Positions 17,487 through 27,351 of a DNA stretch of 34,831 bases are shown piece after piece. Below the pieces are notes generated by a model. It was given only the letters and a program-made list of their open reading frames with translations, ran no database searches and had not been told where the DNA came from. The translations under genes and the position numbers were made by a program. Source of the DNA: Candidatus Nealsonbacteria bacterium. Its GTDB lineage: Bacteria > Patescibacteriota > Minisyncoccia > Minisyncoccales > RBG-13-42-11. Within the stretch, counting starts at the first letter, position 1. Every line of letters begins with the position of its first letter. Location of the stretch: contig JAPLXK010000009.1 of assembly GCA_026396095.1 (NCBI GenBank), positions 1 to 34,831 of the forward strand, read 5' to 3'.

Positions 17487-18971
17487 ATGCTTTTTAACTC
17501 CATAGACTTTCTTATTTTTTTCCCGATCGTAACGGTATTATATTTTGCGATTCCCCACAAATATCGCTGGATTTTTCTTTTGGCCGCAAGCTGTATTTTC
17601 TACATGGCCTTTATACCGGCTTACGTTCTTTTTTTATTCTTCTTGATTTTTATTGATTATTGGGCCGCGATATTTATTGAAAAATCGGAAGAAAAAAAAC
17701 GAAAATTATTTTTAATAGCAAGTATTCTTTCAACCTGTTCTGCTCTTTTTATTTTTAAATACTTTAATTTTTTTAATGTTAATCTCGCGCTCGTCGCCAA
17801 TTTTTTTCACTGGAACTATCCTGTTCATCTTTTAAAATTAGTTTTACCGATTGGCCTGTCTTTTCATACCTTTCAGAGCTTAAGCTATGTTATCGAGGTT
17901 TACAGAAAAAAACAGAAAACTGAAAAAAACATAGGAATCTATGCTTTGTACGTAATGTTTTATCCTCAACTGGTTTCCGGCCCCATTGAGCGGCCATACA
18001 ACCTGATCCACCAATTTTACGAAAAGCACTACTTTGATTACAAAAGGGTTACCGACGGCTTGAAATTAATGGCCTGGGGAATGTTTAAAAAAGTGGTGAT
18101 AGCCGACAGGCTGGCGATTTTCGTAAACCAAGTTTATAATACCCCTAATGATTATTCTGGAATCAGTCTCATCATGGCTACAATATTTTTCGCTTATCAG
18201 ATATTTTGCGATTTTTCCGGCTACTCTGATATTGCCATCGGCTCGGCCCAGGTCATGGGCTTTAAGCTGATGAACAATTTCACCCGTCCGTATTTTTCAA
18301 AATCAGTTTCAGATTTCTGGAGGCGCTGGCACATTTCTCTTTCAACCTGGTTCAGGGACTATGTTTATATACCGCTTGGCGGAAGCAGGGTTTCCAATTT
18401 AAGGCATTATTTCAATTTATTTGTTTCTTTTTTAGTCAGCGGTCTTTGGCACGGAGCTAATTGGACTTTTTTGATCTGGGGCGCTTTAAACGGAATCTAT
18501 ATGATCTTGGAAGCAATGACCGTTAAAGTAAGAGAAAAAATAATCTGGCTTATAAAATTAAATAAAGCCCCGGTGCTTTATAAGATTATTCAGGTTTTTA
18601 CCACGTTTTCTTTGATTTCTTTTTCTTGGATTTTCTTCCGAGCAAATAGCGTTAATGAAGCTTTTTATATTATCAGGAATTTATTTACGGGCGTTCCGTC
18701 TCTTTTTCTTGATTTGATAAGAAACCCCTTTGCCGCTATTTTGGAAAATCACAATCTTTTTGTGGTAGACCAATCATGGTACGAATTTATCATAGGCGTT
18801 TTAGGGATAATTCTTTTAGAAATAGTCCATTTGTTACAAAGAAAGGAAAGCGTCAGAGCTATGATTTCTAGGAGCCCCCTGTTATTAAGGTGGGCGCTTT
18901 ACGTCGGGATCATTTTAATAATCTTGAATTTCGGGAAGGTAAGCAAACCCTTTATATATTTTCAGTTTTGA
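17487..18971 (+). CDS. MBOAT O-acyltransferase (AlgI/PatA-like)
   Basis: MLFNS, PIGLSFHTFQ, SGPIER, DFSGYSD.A, FWRRWHISLS.W, GLWHGA, C-terminal FIYFQF. Confidence 0.93.
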   Translation: MLFNSIDFLIFFPIVTVLYFAIPHKYRWIFLLAASCIFYMAFIPAYVLFLFFLIFIDYWAAIFIEKSEEKKRKLFLIASILSTCSALFIFKYFNFFNVNLALVANFFHWNYPVHLLKLVLPIGLSFHTFQSLSYVIEVYRKKQKTEKNIGIYALYVMFYPQLVSGPIERPYNLIHQFYEKHYFDYKRVTDGLKLMAWGMFKKVVIADRLAIFVNQVYNTPNDYSGISLIMATIFFAYQIFCDFSGYSDIAIGSAQVMGFKLMNNFTRPYFSKSVSDFWRRWHISLSTWFRDYVYIPLGGSRVSNLRHYFNLFVSFLVSGLWHGANWTFLIWGALNGIYMILEAMTVKVREKIIWLIKLNKAPVLYKIIQVFTTFSLISFSWIFFRANSVNEAFYIIRNLFTGVPSLFLDLIRNPFAAILENHNLFVVDQSWYEFIIGVLGIILLEIVHLLQRKESVRAMISRSPLLLRWALYVGIILIILNFGKVSKPFIYFQF

Positions 18972-18983
18972 TAATAGATATTT

Positions 18984-20120
18984 ATGAAAAAGTTTTTTAT
19001 TAAATTGGCGATATTGATTCTTCTGACTCTATTTTTTCAGCTTTTGTTTTTAATCGTTGATATTAACTCTTTCGACCAATTGAAAATTTTAGAAGAAGCT
19101 AAAAAAGGAAAAACAGACGTTATTTATTTCGGAGACAGCTCGGCCAGCAATTATGGTCGCAACGATTCTGACAAAAGGCCCTTGCCCCAGATGCTGGGGA
19201 AAATCTTGAATGATCGCACGATAGCAAGCATTGATAACCCGGCCTATGCCGCTGAAATATTTTTGGAATTTTCCAAGTACATAATAAAGGAAAAATACCA
19301 TCCAGAATTCGTCGTAATCCCCATTAATATCCGCTCTTTTTCGCCCTCATGGGACAAAAATCCCGGATATCAATTTTATGACCAAAAGGCTATTTTAAAA
19401 AATAAACTGCTTTTCATGTTTTTGAAGTCAATAGAGGCTTTTGATAAAAATAACAGTCTTAACGAAATTAGCCAGAGCGAATTTGAGAACACAGATGTTT
19501 TTAACGGAGAAAAAGCAGTGGGAAAGGCAAAGGATTTTGAAGACCATTCATTCAGGCACTATTCAGAGGAAAATATGAGAAATTCAATTTTGTATTTTTA
19601 CATGTTTTCGTTAAAGGAAGATCACCGCAAAATAAGTTCTTTTTCGCAAATCGCAGAGATACTACTTGCAAACAACATTAAACCAATTTTTTATATTACT
19701 CCCGTTGATTACGAAACAGGGGAGCGCTATTTTCCCGGACAATTTTTAGAAAGATTAAAACACAACACAGAAATGATAAAATCGGTTTTGGAGAAAAATA
19801 ACATTAAAGTAATTGATCTGTCAACCAGCCTTAAATCGGATTTCTTTGCCTGGGAGAAATATCCCAACGAACACCTCAACGAAAAGGGCAGAAAGTATGT
19901 TGCAGAAAAGATAGCGGAAAGAATTAATGGCTACCAAGAGAAATCTGCGGCGGAGTGTAAAAAATATAGCGTTGATCGGTGTCCGGGCGGCTGTGTCGTG
20001 TGCCCTCCCTGCGAGGCATGCAGCTCCTTAGGATGTAATTCTCTTGAATTTTGCAAAAACATAGGGTTTGGCGAAGATTGGTATGAGACGATTAAACTTC
20101 GGCTCGAAATAACGAAATAA
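18984..20120 (+). CDS. Membrane-anchored SGNH-like MBOAT partner with Cys-rich tail
   Basis: N-terminal TM, FGDSS, EHLN..G, 8-Cys C-terminal module. Confidence 0.65.
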   Translation: MKKFFIKLAILILLTLFFQLLFLIVDINSFDQLKILEEAKKGKTDVIYFGDSSASNYGRNDSDKRPLPQMLGKILNDRTIASIDNPAYAAEIFLEFSKYIIKEKYHPEFVVIPINIRSFSPSWDKNPGYQFYDQKAILKNKLLFMFLKSIEAFDKNNSLNEISQSEFENTDVFNGEKAVGKAKDFEDHSFRHYSEENMRNSILYFYMFSLKEDHRKISSFSQIAEILLANNIKPIFYITPVDYETGERYFPGQFLERLKHNTEMIKSVLEKNNIKVIDLSTSLKSDFFAWEKYPNEHLNEKGRKYVAEKIAERINGYQEKSAAECKKYSVDRCPGGCVVCPPCEACSSLGCNSLEFCKNIGFGEDWYETIKLRLEITK

Positions 20121-20175
20121 TCATTTTTGTTTTAATTTGAGAAATTCTCATTTTTGTTGTAATATAATTTCTACA

Positions 20176-22617
20176 ATGTCTATTTTCAATAAAATCTTTG
20201 GCGATGCCAACGAAAAATATGTAAAAAATATCAGGCCTCTGGTTGAAGAGATAAATCTTTTCGAAAAGGAAACAGAAAAGCTTACAGACGAACAGCTGAA
20301 AGAGGAAAGCCTGAAGCTTAAAGAAAGATTGAAGAATGGAGAAAAGCTTGACGATTTATTAACCAGAGCTTTTGCCCTAGTCCGCGAGGCGGGAAAAAGA
20401 ACCTTGAATCAAAGGCATTTTGACGTCCAACTGATGGGTGGGATTTTTTTGCATCAAGGAAAGATTGCGGAGATGAGAACCGGAGAAGGAAAGACTCTGT
20501 CCGCCACTTTAGCCATATATTTAAACGCCCTGGAAGGAAAGGGCGTTCATTTGATTACTGTTAATGATTATCTGGCGAAAAGGGATGCGGTTTGGATGGG
20601 CCAGATCTATTATGCCCTGGGACTTTCGACTGGCTGCATTGTTCACGATATAGCATATATCTACGACCCTAAGTTCCAGGAAGAAAGAGATAAAACAAGA
20701 GATATAGTAGGAAGCTTTAAGGTCATTGAAAGCTTCTTAAGGCCTGTTTCAAGGAAAGAGGCATATTCGGCTGATATCACCTACGGCACCAACAATGAAT
20801 TCGGCTTTGATTACTTAAAAGACAACATGGCCTATGACCTGTCCCAGCAGGTTCAAAGGGGATACAACTTCGCCATCATAGACGAGGTTGATTCCATTTT
20901 AATCGATGAAGCCAGAACTCCTTTGATTATTTCCGCTCCGGACACGGAAAGTTCAAAATGGTACCAGGAATTTTCCAAGATTATCCCCAAACTTGATTCC
21001 AAGACAGATTATGAAATAGATGAAAAGATGAGAACCTCAACCCTGACCGAGGAAGGAATAAACAAGATTGAGAAGATATTGGGAATGGGAAACATATACG
21101 AAGAAAGGGGAATAAAATATCTTCATCATCTGGAGCAGTCCCTTAAAGCCGAAGTTCTTTTCAAAAGAGACAAGCACTATGTGGTAAAAGAAGGAGAGGT
21201 TCTTATCGTTGACGAATTCACCGGCAGGCTGATGCCGGGCAGGAGATGGTCCGGAGGGCTCCACCAGGCGGTGGAGGCGAAAGAAGGGGTGATGGTCCAG
21301 CCTGAATCATTAACCCTGGCTTCTATTACTTTTCAGAATTATTTCAGAATGTATAAGAAGCTTGGCGGAATGACGGGAACAGCCCTTACCTCGGCTGAAG
21401 AGTTTGATAAGGTTTACGGCTTGGAAGTGGTATCAGTTCCCACTAATAAACCGACGGTCCGCCGGGACTTGCCCGACAAGGTTCTAAAAAACGAAAGCGG
21501 AAAATATGTAGCCTTGATAAAAGAAATAAAAGAAAGGCATGAAAAAGGGCAGCCGGTTTTAGTCGGCACAACTTCGATTGAAAAAAACGAGTATCTCGGG
21601 AAATTATTGGACAGGGAAGGGATGGCCCATCAGATCTTAAATGCCAAGCATCATGAAAGAGAAGGAGAAATAATCGCCCAGGCGGGAAAGAAAGGGCAGA
21701 TAACCATTGCCACCAATATGGCCGGACGGGGAGTGGATATTATCCTGGGAGGCAATCCGCCCGACAAAGAAGAGGCGGAAATAGTCAAACAAGCAGGAGG
21801 GCTTCATATTATAGGAACGGAACGGCATGAAGCCAGAAGAATAGATAATCAGCTGCGGGGCCGTGCAGGGAGGCAGGGGGATCCCGGCTCTTCCCAATTT
21901 TTTGTTTCCTTGGAAGACGATCTGATGAGAATTTTCGGCGGAGACAGGATAAAATCTCTGATGGAAGCTTTAAAGCTTCCCGAGGACCAGCCTATTGAAG
22001 CAGGCCTGGTTTCAGGAGCCATTGAATCGGCCCAATCAAAGATAGAAGGAATGAACTTTGATTTGAGAAAACATGTCTTGGAATATGATGACGTGATGAA
22101 CAAGCACAGAGAAGTGATTTACAGAAAAAGAAGGGAGATTTTGGAAAAATCTCAAATTTCAGACCGTAATGATCAGAACGGCTTAAGATATTATATTTTA
22201 GAAGTAATTAAAAAAGCCGGACTTAAAGAAGAGGATTACGATAAAAAAGAAAAAGAGGTCGGGGAAGAAAAAATGCGCCAGGTGGAAAAAATAGTTTCCT
22301 TAAGGGTTCTGGATGCTTTTTGGATGGAGCACTTGGAAAACATGGAACACTTAAGAGATTCGGTGAGACTAAGAGCTTACGGCCAAAGGGATCCTTTGGT
22401 TGAATACAAAACAGAGGGACATAAGATGTTTCAAAAGCTCTTGGGGACGATTGAATTAAGCATTGCGGAAATGATTTTAAAGGTCAGCGTGACAGATGAG
22501 CCTCCCCGAGCTTCAAATCAGCAGCAATCTGTTTTAAAATCAAAGAATAACGTGGGAAGAAACGATCCCTGTCCGTGCGGCAGCGGGAAAAAATATAAAA
22601 AGTGCCATGGGAAATAA
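20176..22617 (+). CDS. secA: Preprotein translocase ATPase SecA
   Basis: MRTGEGKT, DEVDSILIDEARTPLIIS, TNMAGRG, QLRGRAGRQGDPG, C-terminal GRNDPCPCGSGKKYKKCH. Start moved to ATG 20176. Confidence 0.98.
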   Translation: MSIFNKIFGDANEKYVKNIRPLVEEINLFEKETEKLTDEQLKEESLKLKERLKNGEKLDDLLTRAFALVREAGKRTLNQRHFDVQLMGGIFLHQGKIAEMRTGEGKTLSATLAIYLNALEGKGVHLITVNDYLAKRDAVWMGQIYYALGLSTGCIVHDIAYIYDPKFQEERDKTRDIVGSFKVIESFLRPVSRKEAYSADITYGTNNEFGFDYLKDNMAYDLSQQVQRGYNFAIIDEVDSILIDEARTPLIISAPDTESSKWYQEFSKIIPKLDSKTDYEIDEKMRTSTLTEEGINKIEKILGMGNIYEERGIKYLHHLEQSLKAEVLFKRDKHYVVKEGEVLIVDEFTGRLMPGRRWSGGLHQAVEAKEGVMVQPESLTLASITFQNYFRMYKKLGGMTGTALTSAEEFDKVYGLEVVSVPTNKPTVRRDLPDKVLKNESGKYVALIKEIKERHEKGQPVLVGTTSIEKNEYLGKLLDREGMAHQILNAKHHEREGEIIAQAGKKGQITIATNMAGRGVDIILGGNPPDKEEAEIVKQAGGLHIIGTERHEARRIDNQLRGRAGRQGDPGSSQFFVSLEDDLMRIFGGDRIKSLMEALKLPEDQPIEAGLVSGAIESAQSKIEGMNFDLRKHVLEYDDVMNKHREVIYRKRREILEKSQISDRNDQNGLRYYILEVIKKAGLKEEDYDKKEKEVGEEKMRQVEKIVSLRVLDAFWMEHLENMEHLRDSVRLRAYGQRDPLVEYKTEGHKMFQKLLGTIELSIAEMILKVSVTDEPPRASNQQQSVLKSKNNVGRNDPCPCGSGKKYKKCHGK

Positions 22618-22855
22618 ATCCATAAAGATTGCAATAATCCTCGTGATTCTCGGAGTTCTGTGCTTGGCGCCTTGGCTGAACAATCAGAAATTATACAATC
22701 AAGTGTTTGAAAGTTACCGACCGCGACAGGACGGAACAATTGATAAGGATGGAAAATTAGTTTGTGGTTATAATGTTACATGGATGCCTTTTGGAAGATG
22801 GGTTGGGAGCTGTGAAGGAGGTTATTATGTGACATTTTGGGGTAAAATACTATAA
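22607..22855 (+). CDS. Small exported/membrane-anchored hypothetical protein
   Basis: 82 aa, signal-like N-terminus, Cys pair and aromatic-rich C-terminus; overlaps the secA end by 11 nt. Confidence 0.6.
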   Translation: MGNKSIKIAIILVILGVLCLAPWLNNQKLYNQVFESYRPRQDGTIDKDGKLVCGYNVTWMPFGRWVGSCEGGYYVTFWGKIL

Positions 22856-22864
22856 ATCCCCGCG

Positions 22865-22898
22865 GGCACCATAGAAACATAAAAAGTGCTATGGGGCC
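22865..22898. repeat. GC-rich intergenic inverted repeat
   Basis: GGCACCATAG / CTATGGGGCC (9 of 10 pairs), no U-tract. Confidence 0.45.
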
Positions 22899-22920
22899 TA
22901 GGAATTGATAAAATAAAGAT

Positions 22921-23415
22921 ATGGATACGAACAGTAAATATCTTCACGAAGTAGCAATCACCGCCATTATTGTGAAAGATAGTAAGTATTTAATCACGAG
23001 ACGCTCTCCGAACAAGAAACGGTTTCCCGGAATGTGGACTGTGCCGGGCGGAAAAATGGAAACTGACGACTATCTGAAATTACCGAAAGACACTGAATTC
23101 TATTGGTATAATGTTCTTGAGCGGACGTTGCGAAGAGAAACAAAAGAAGAGGTTGGTATTGATATTGATAATATCGAATATGTTACAAGCTTGGCAACAA
23201 TTCATGCTGATAACAGTCCGTCATTAGTAATTTCTTGCGTAGCGGATTACGTTTCCGGTGAAATCAAGCTTCAGACAGAAGAGAATGATCAATTTGCCTG
23301 GGTTAATTTAGAAGAAGCAAAAAATTATCAACTTCTTGATGGAATTTATGATGAATTGGTAATGGTCGAAAATAAAAGAAAAGGCAAGAGGACCGAATGG
23401 CAAAGATTCAATTAA
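22921..23415 (+). CDS. NUDIX hydrolase
   Basis: FPGMWTVPGGKME...RETKEEVG NUDIX box with an internal insertion. Confidence 0.9.
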   Translation: MDTNSKYLHEVAITAIIVKDSKYLITRRSPNKKRFPGMWTVPGGKMETDDYLKLPKDTEFYWYNVLERTLRRETKEEVGIDIDNIEYVTSLATIHADNSPSLVISCVADYVSGEIKLQTEENDQFAWVNLEEAKNYQLLDGIYDELVMVENKRKGKRTEWQRFN

Positions 23416-23482
23416 TTCCTGCGGACTAAGAAATAAATTAAAAAGAACAACACGGAAAATAATTATTATTTTTTAATAAAAA

Positions 23483-24931
23483 ATGAAACAACAATTCAAT
23501 AATAAAATTCTCATTATCGGCTACGGCGCTGTTTCGCACTGCACCCTCCCTGTTTTATTGGACAAGATAGATGTTCCTTTTAAAAACGTCACCATTATTG
23601 ATTTTGAAGACAAGGCAAAGATCTTAGAGAAATACACCGACCAGGGAATAAAATTTATTAGGGAAAAAATCACCAAGGAAAATCTGGACAGGGTTTTATC
23701 CAGCTATTTGGATGAAAACGGATTATTGATTGATCTTGCCTGGAATATCGGCTGCAACGACACTCTTAAATGGTGCCACGATCATAACGTATTATATATC
23801 AACACTTCGGTCGAGGTTTGGGATCCTGAAAAAGGAATCACCGTCAAAAGCCCTTTTGAAAAATCTCTTTATTGCCGCCAGATGCAGATTAGAAAATTAT
23901 CTTCCAAGTGGAAAGATGCGCCCACTGCTGTTTTAGACCACGGCGCCAATCCTGGACTGATTTCTCATTTTGTAAAAAAGGGACTGACAGACATCGCGGA
24001 GCGTTTGATTATAGAAAAGAAAATAACCGAAAAAGACAAAGAAAAGGTAAGTCAATACATAAAAGACAAAGACTTCGCCCGATTAGCCCAAAAATTAAAA
24101 ATTAAGACAATCCATTGCAGCGAGCGGGATACCCAAATTACAAACCAGCCCAAAAGGGTTGATGAATTTGTGGGGACCTGGAGCATCGAAGGACTGAGAG
24201 AAGAGGGCATAGCTCCGGCTGAAATGGGCTGGGGCACGCACGAGAAAAAGCTTCATGAATTAGCTCACAAGCCGTCCTACGGGCCGAAGAATCAGGTTTT
24301 CCTTGCCCAGATGGGGATGAACACCTGGGTCAGGTCTTGGATACCGGATGAAGAAATAGTGGGCATGGTGATCCGCCACGGAGAGGCTTTCGGCATTTCC
24401 GACCGTTTGACTGTTTGGAAAAATAACAAGGCCATCTATAGGCCAACCGTGCATTACGCATATATGCCTTGCCACGAAACAATCTCTTCCCTCCATGAGC
24501 TGCGCGGTAGGAACTATGAAATTCAATCCAGCGTCAGGATAATGAAGGATGAGATTATCTGCGGGTCCGATACCTTGGGAGCTCTTTTAATGGGCCATGA
24601 TTATAACTCCTGGTGGACGGGAAGCTCTTTAACCATTGAAGAAGCCAGGCGCTTGGTTCCCGGAGAAAATGCCACCACGCTTCAGGTTGCGGCGGGTGTT
24701 GTTTCAGCAATTCTTTGGATGATTGAGAATCCTAAAAAAGGCGTTAATCTTCCCGACGACTTGCCCCATGATTTTATTTTAAAAATTGCCAGGCCATACT
24801 TGGGAAATCTAATTTCCAAGCCGTCGGACTGGACGCCGCTCAAGAACCGCAAAGTGATATTTAAGGAAAATCCGGCCAGCAGGAACCATAAAGATCCCTG
24901 GCAGTTTGAGAGCTTCCTTTTTCTTCCTTAA
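23483..24931 (+). CDS. hss: Homospermidine synthase
   Basis: IGYGAV Rossmann motif, NTSVE.W, HGANPGLISHF, SERDTQ, EFVGTWSIEG, YRPTVHYAY, NAT.LQV, DPWQF. Confidence 0.9.
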   Translation: MKQQFNNKILIIGYGAVSHCTLPVLLDKIDVPFKNVTIIDFEDKAKILEKYTDQGIKFIREKITKENLDRVLSSYLDENGLLIDLAWNIGCNDTLKWCHDHNVLYINTSVEVWDPEKGITVKSPFEKSLYCRQMQIRKLSSKWKDAPTAVLDHGANPGLISHFVKKGLTDIAERLIIEKKITEKDKEKVSQYIKDKDFARLAQKLKIKTIHCSERDTQITNQPKRVDEFVGTWSIEGLREEGIAPAEMGWGTHEKKLHELAHKPSYGPKNQVFLAQMGMNTWVRSWIPDEEIVGMVIRHGEAFGISDRLTVWKNNKAIYRPTVHYAYMPCHETISSLHELRGRNYEIQSSVRIMKDEIICGSDTLGALLMGHDYNSWWTGSSLTIEEARRLVPGENATTLQVAAGVVSAILWMIENPKKGVNLPDDLPHDFILKIARPYLGNLISKPSDWTPLKNRKVIFKENPASRNHKDPWQFESFLFLP

Positions 24932-24998
24932 CATCACCCTCCGCGATGACAATGAATATAATATCAACAGGCTGCCTTTGTCCATAAAGAAAGGAGAT

Positions 24999-25024
24999 AA
25001 GACTTAGAGGTCTTTATTTTTTTT
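24999..25024 (+). terminator. Weak intrinsic terminator
   Basis: AAGACT-TAGA-GGTCTT followed by a T-tract. Confidence 0.4.
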
Positions 25025-25047
25025 AAAATTGTGTTAATATATTTAAA

Positions 25048-26388
25048 ATGTCAAAGAATAAAACCTACTTAACCATTCTTGGAATTTTTATTTTAACCTT
25101 CTTTGCCGGGAACCTGGTTTATCCCCAGCTTTTAAAATTGAACTGGCTTAAAGAGATTCCTTTTAAATTAGGATTAGACTTACAGGGGGGGACCCATTTA
25201 GTTTACCAGGCTGATTTATCAAAAATTGAAGCAAGTAACAAATCAGAATCAATGGAAGGACTGAGGGATGTTATAGAAAAAAGAGTTAATTTTTTCGGCG
25301 TAAAAGAGCCGGTGATTCAGGTCCAGGGGGAAAGACTGATCGTGGAGCTGGCCGGAGTGATAAATCCGGCAGAAGCAATTGCTCAGATCGGCAAAACTCC
25401 CTTTTTGGAATTTAAAGAATACAAGTCTCAGGAAATAATCGATAAGATTGCAGCAAAGCAAAAAGAGATAGAAGGAAAGACTGAAGAAGAAATTAAAAAA
25501 ATTGACAATTGGGAGATGGCTTACGAAGATCCTTTCCAATCAACCGATTTGACGGGAAAATATCTGGAAAAAGCGGAGGTGGGCTTTGACCAAACCACTT
25601 ACCAGCCCCAGATCCTGCTCCAGTTCAACGAGGAAGGAGCCAAGATTTTTGAAGAAATTACCGGACGCAACATAGGAAAACCATTGGCAGTTTATCTTGA
25701 TTATCAATTAACCCAGGCACCGATGGTTAATGACAAGATTTCCGGCGGAAAAGCAGAAATTACCGGAAACTTTACGGTTGAAGAGGCGAAGACGCGGGTA
25801 AGAGAGCTTAATTCCGGAGCCCTGCCGGTGCCTATTAATTTAATATCTCAGCAGTCAGTCGGTCCAACCTTAGGGGTTGTTTCTTTGGAAAGCTCATTAA
25901 AAGCCGGTTTGTGGGGATTTTTATCAGTAGTTTTATTCATGATTATCGTGTATCGTTTTTCCGGCCTTTTAGCCTCTTTGGCATTGGTAATTTACGCGAT
26001 TTTAGTTTTAGCGTCTTTTAAGATAATTTCCGTTACCCTGACCCTGGCCGGCATCGGCGGATTAATTCTATCAATAGGAATGGCTGTTGATGCCAATGTT
26101 TTAATTTTTGCCCGCATGAAAGAAGAAAGGAAATCAGGGAAAAATTTTTCCCAATCGATAGAGGACGGATTCAATCGGGCCTGGCCCTCTATCAGGGACG
26201 GGAATTTCACCACCCTGATCGTGGCAGCGATTTTATTCGGTTTCGGAAGCAGCTTTGTCAAGGGATTTGCCCTGACCTTAAGCCTGGGTATTTTGATAAG
26301 TATGTTTTCGGCCATTGTTATAACCAAGAATTTTCTTAAACTTTTTGTTAATACAATACTGGAAAAAAATAATTGGATTTGGGGATAA
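25048..26388 (+). CDS. secD: Protein translocase subunit SecD
   Basis: LGLDLQGG, GVKEP.IQ, GALP.P, VGPTLG, GMAVDANVLIF.R..EE, VKGFA. Confidence 0.97.
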   Translation: MSKNKTYLTILGIFILTFFAGNLVYPQLLKLNWLKEIPFKLGLDLQGGTHLVYQADLSKIEASNKSESMEGLRDVIEKRVNFFGVKEPVIQVQGERLIVELAGVINPAEAIAQIGKTPFLEFKEYKSQEIIDKIAAKQKEIEGKTEEEIKKIDNWEMAYEDPFQSTDLTGKYLEKAEVGFDQTTYQPQILLQFNEEGAKIFEEITGRNIGKPLAVYLDYQLTQAPMVNDKISGGKAEITGNFTVEEAKTRVRELNSGALPVPINLISQQSVGPTLGVVSLESSLKAGLWGFLSVVLFMIIVYRFSGLLASLALVIYAILVLASFKIISVTLTLAGIGGLILSIGMAVDANVLIFARMKEERKSGKNFSQSIEDGFNRAWPSIRDGNFTTLIVAAILFGFGSSFVKGFALTLSLGILISMFSAIVITKNFLKLFVNTILEKNNWIWG

Positions 26389-26390
26389 AT

Positions 26391-27290
26391 ATGCAAATTG
26401 ATTTTATTAAATACAGAAAAATATACTTCTTTTTTTCAGGCATTTTAATCGTCGGAAGCCTTGTTTCTCTTGTTGTTTTCGGATTGAGCCTGGGAAATGA
26501 TTTTACCGGCGGAAGCCTTTTAGAAATAGAATATCAGAAAGACAGGCCGTCAAATCAGGAAATAAAAGATTCTTTAAGCGGATTTAATTTGGGAGATTTT
26601 AATGTTCAGCCGGCCGGAGAAAAAGGGCTGATATTAAAGATGAAAGATATTTCCGAGGAAACTCACCGGCAGATTATTGAAAAACTGGGAGAAGGAAAAG
26701 AGATCAAAGAGCTCCGCTTCGAATCCATAGGTCCAGTCGTGGGACAAGAGCTTAAAAATAAAACCAGAGATATTGTTATTTTTTCGCTGTTGGCGATGCT
26801 TATTTATATTGCCGTTGCTTTCAGTCAGCTTTCCTGGCCGGCCAAATCCTGGCAATACGCCCTGGCTTCCCTGTTCATTCTTTTTCATGATATCTTGATA
26901 CCTCTGGGCATTTTTTCTTTGCTCGGAAAATATTACGGCGTTCAAATTACCATACCCATAATTGCCGCCCTTTTGACCATCATCGGTTATGCCATTAATA
27001 ACGTGGTGGTTGTATACGACAGGCTGAGGGAAAATGTTTTAAGGTTCCGCAAAAGAGAAGAAACATTTGAAGACATTGCCAATAAATCTATCAATCAAAC
27101 TCTTTCCAGGCAAATAAACACATCTTTAACCACCTTATTGCCCCTGCTGTTCATCTTCTTTATGGGAGGCGAGACGTTAAAATATTTCGCTTTGACCTTA
27201 ATAATGGGAATCGTGGCGGGTTTGTATTCTTCAATTTTTCTAGCCTGCCCCATTTTGGTCAGCTGGCTGAAGGCGGAAAAAAAGATATAG
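26391..27290 (+). CDS. secF: Protein translocase subunit SecF
   Basis: DFTGGS, IGPVVG, HD, GY..N..VVVYDR.RE, QTLSR..NTS.TT. Start moved to ATG 26391. Confidence 0.96.
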   Translation: MQIDFIKYRKIYFFFSGILIVGSLVSLVVFGLSLGNDFTGGSLLEIEYQKDRPSNQEIKDSLSGFNLGDFNVQPAGEKGLILKMKDISEETHRQIIEKLGEGKEIKELRFESIGPVVGQELKNKTRDIVIFSLLAMLIYIAVAFSQLSWPAKSWQYALASLFILFHDILIPLGIFSLLGKYYGVQITIPIIAALLTIIGYAINNVVVVYDRLRENVLRFRKREETFEDIANKSINQTLSRQINTSLTTLLPLLFIFFMGGETLKYFALTLIMGIVAGLYSSIFLACPILVSWLKAEKKI

Positions 27291-27314
27291 AGTTGCCTAA
27301 AGAGGATTAATTGT

Positions 27315-27343
27315 TTGACAATATTTCATATAAATGCTTTAAT
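27315..27343 (+). promoter_or_regulatory. sigma70 promoter
   Basis: TTGACA-17 nt-TTTAAT with extended TG, 8 nt before ATG 27352. Confidence 0.6.
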
Positions 27344-27351
27344 ATCATATT

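Noticed and set aside
22851-22871. tRNA 3'-end-like sequence ending in CACCA (possible att remnant)
   Set aside because: No TTCRA loop, wrong spacing, and no integrase or second copy.
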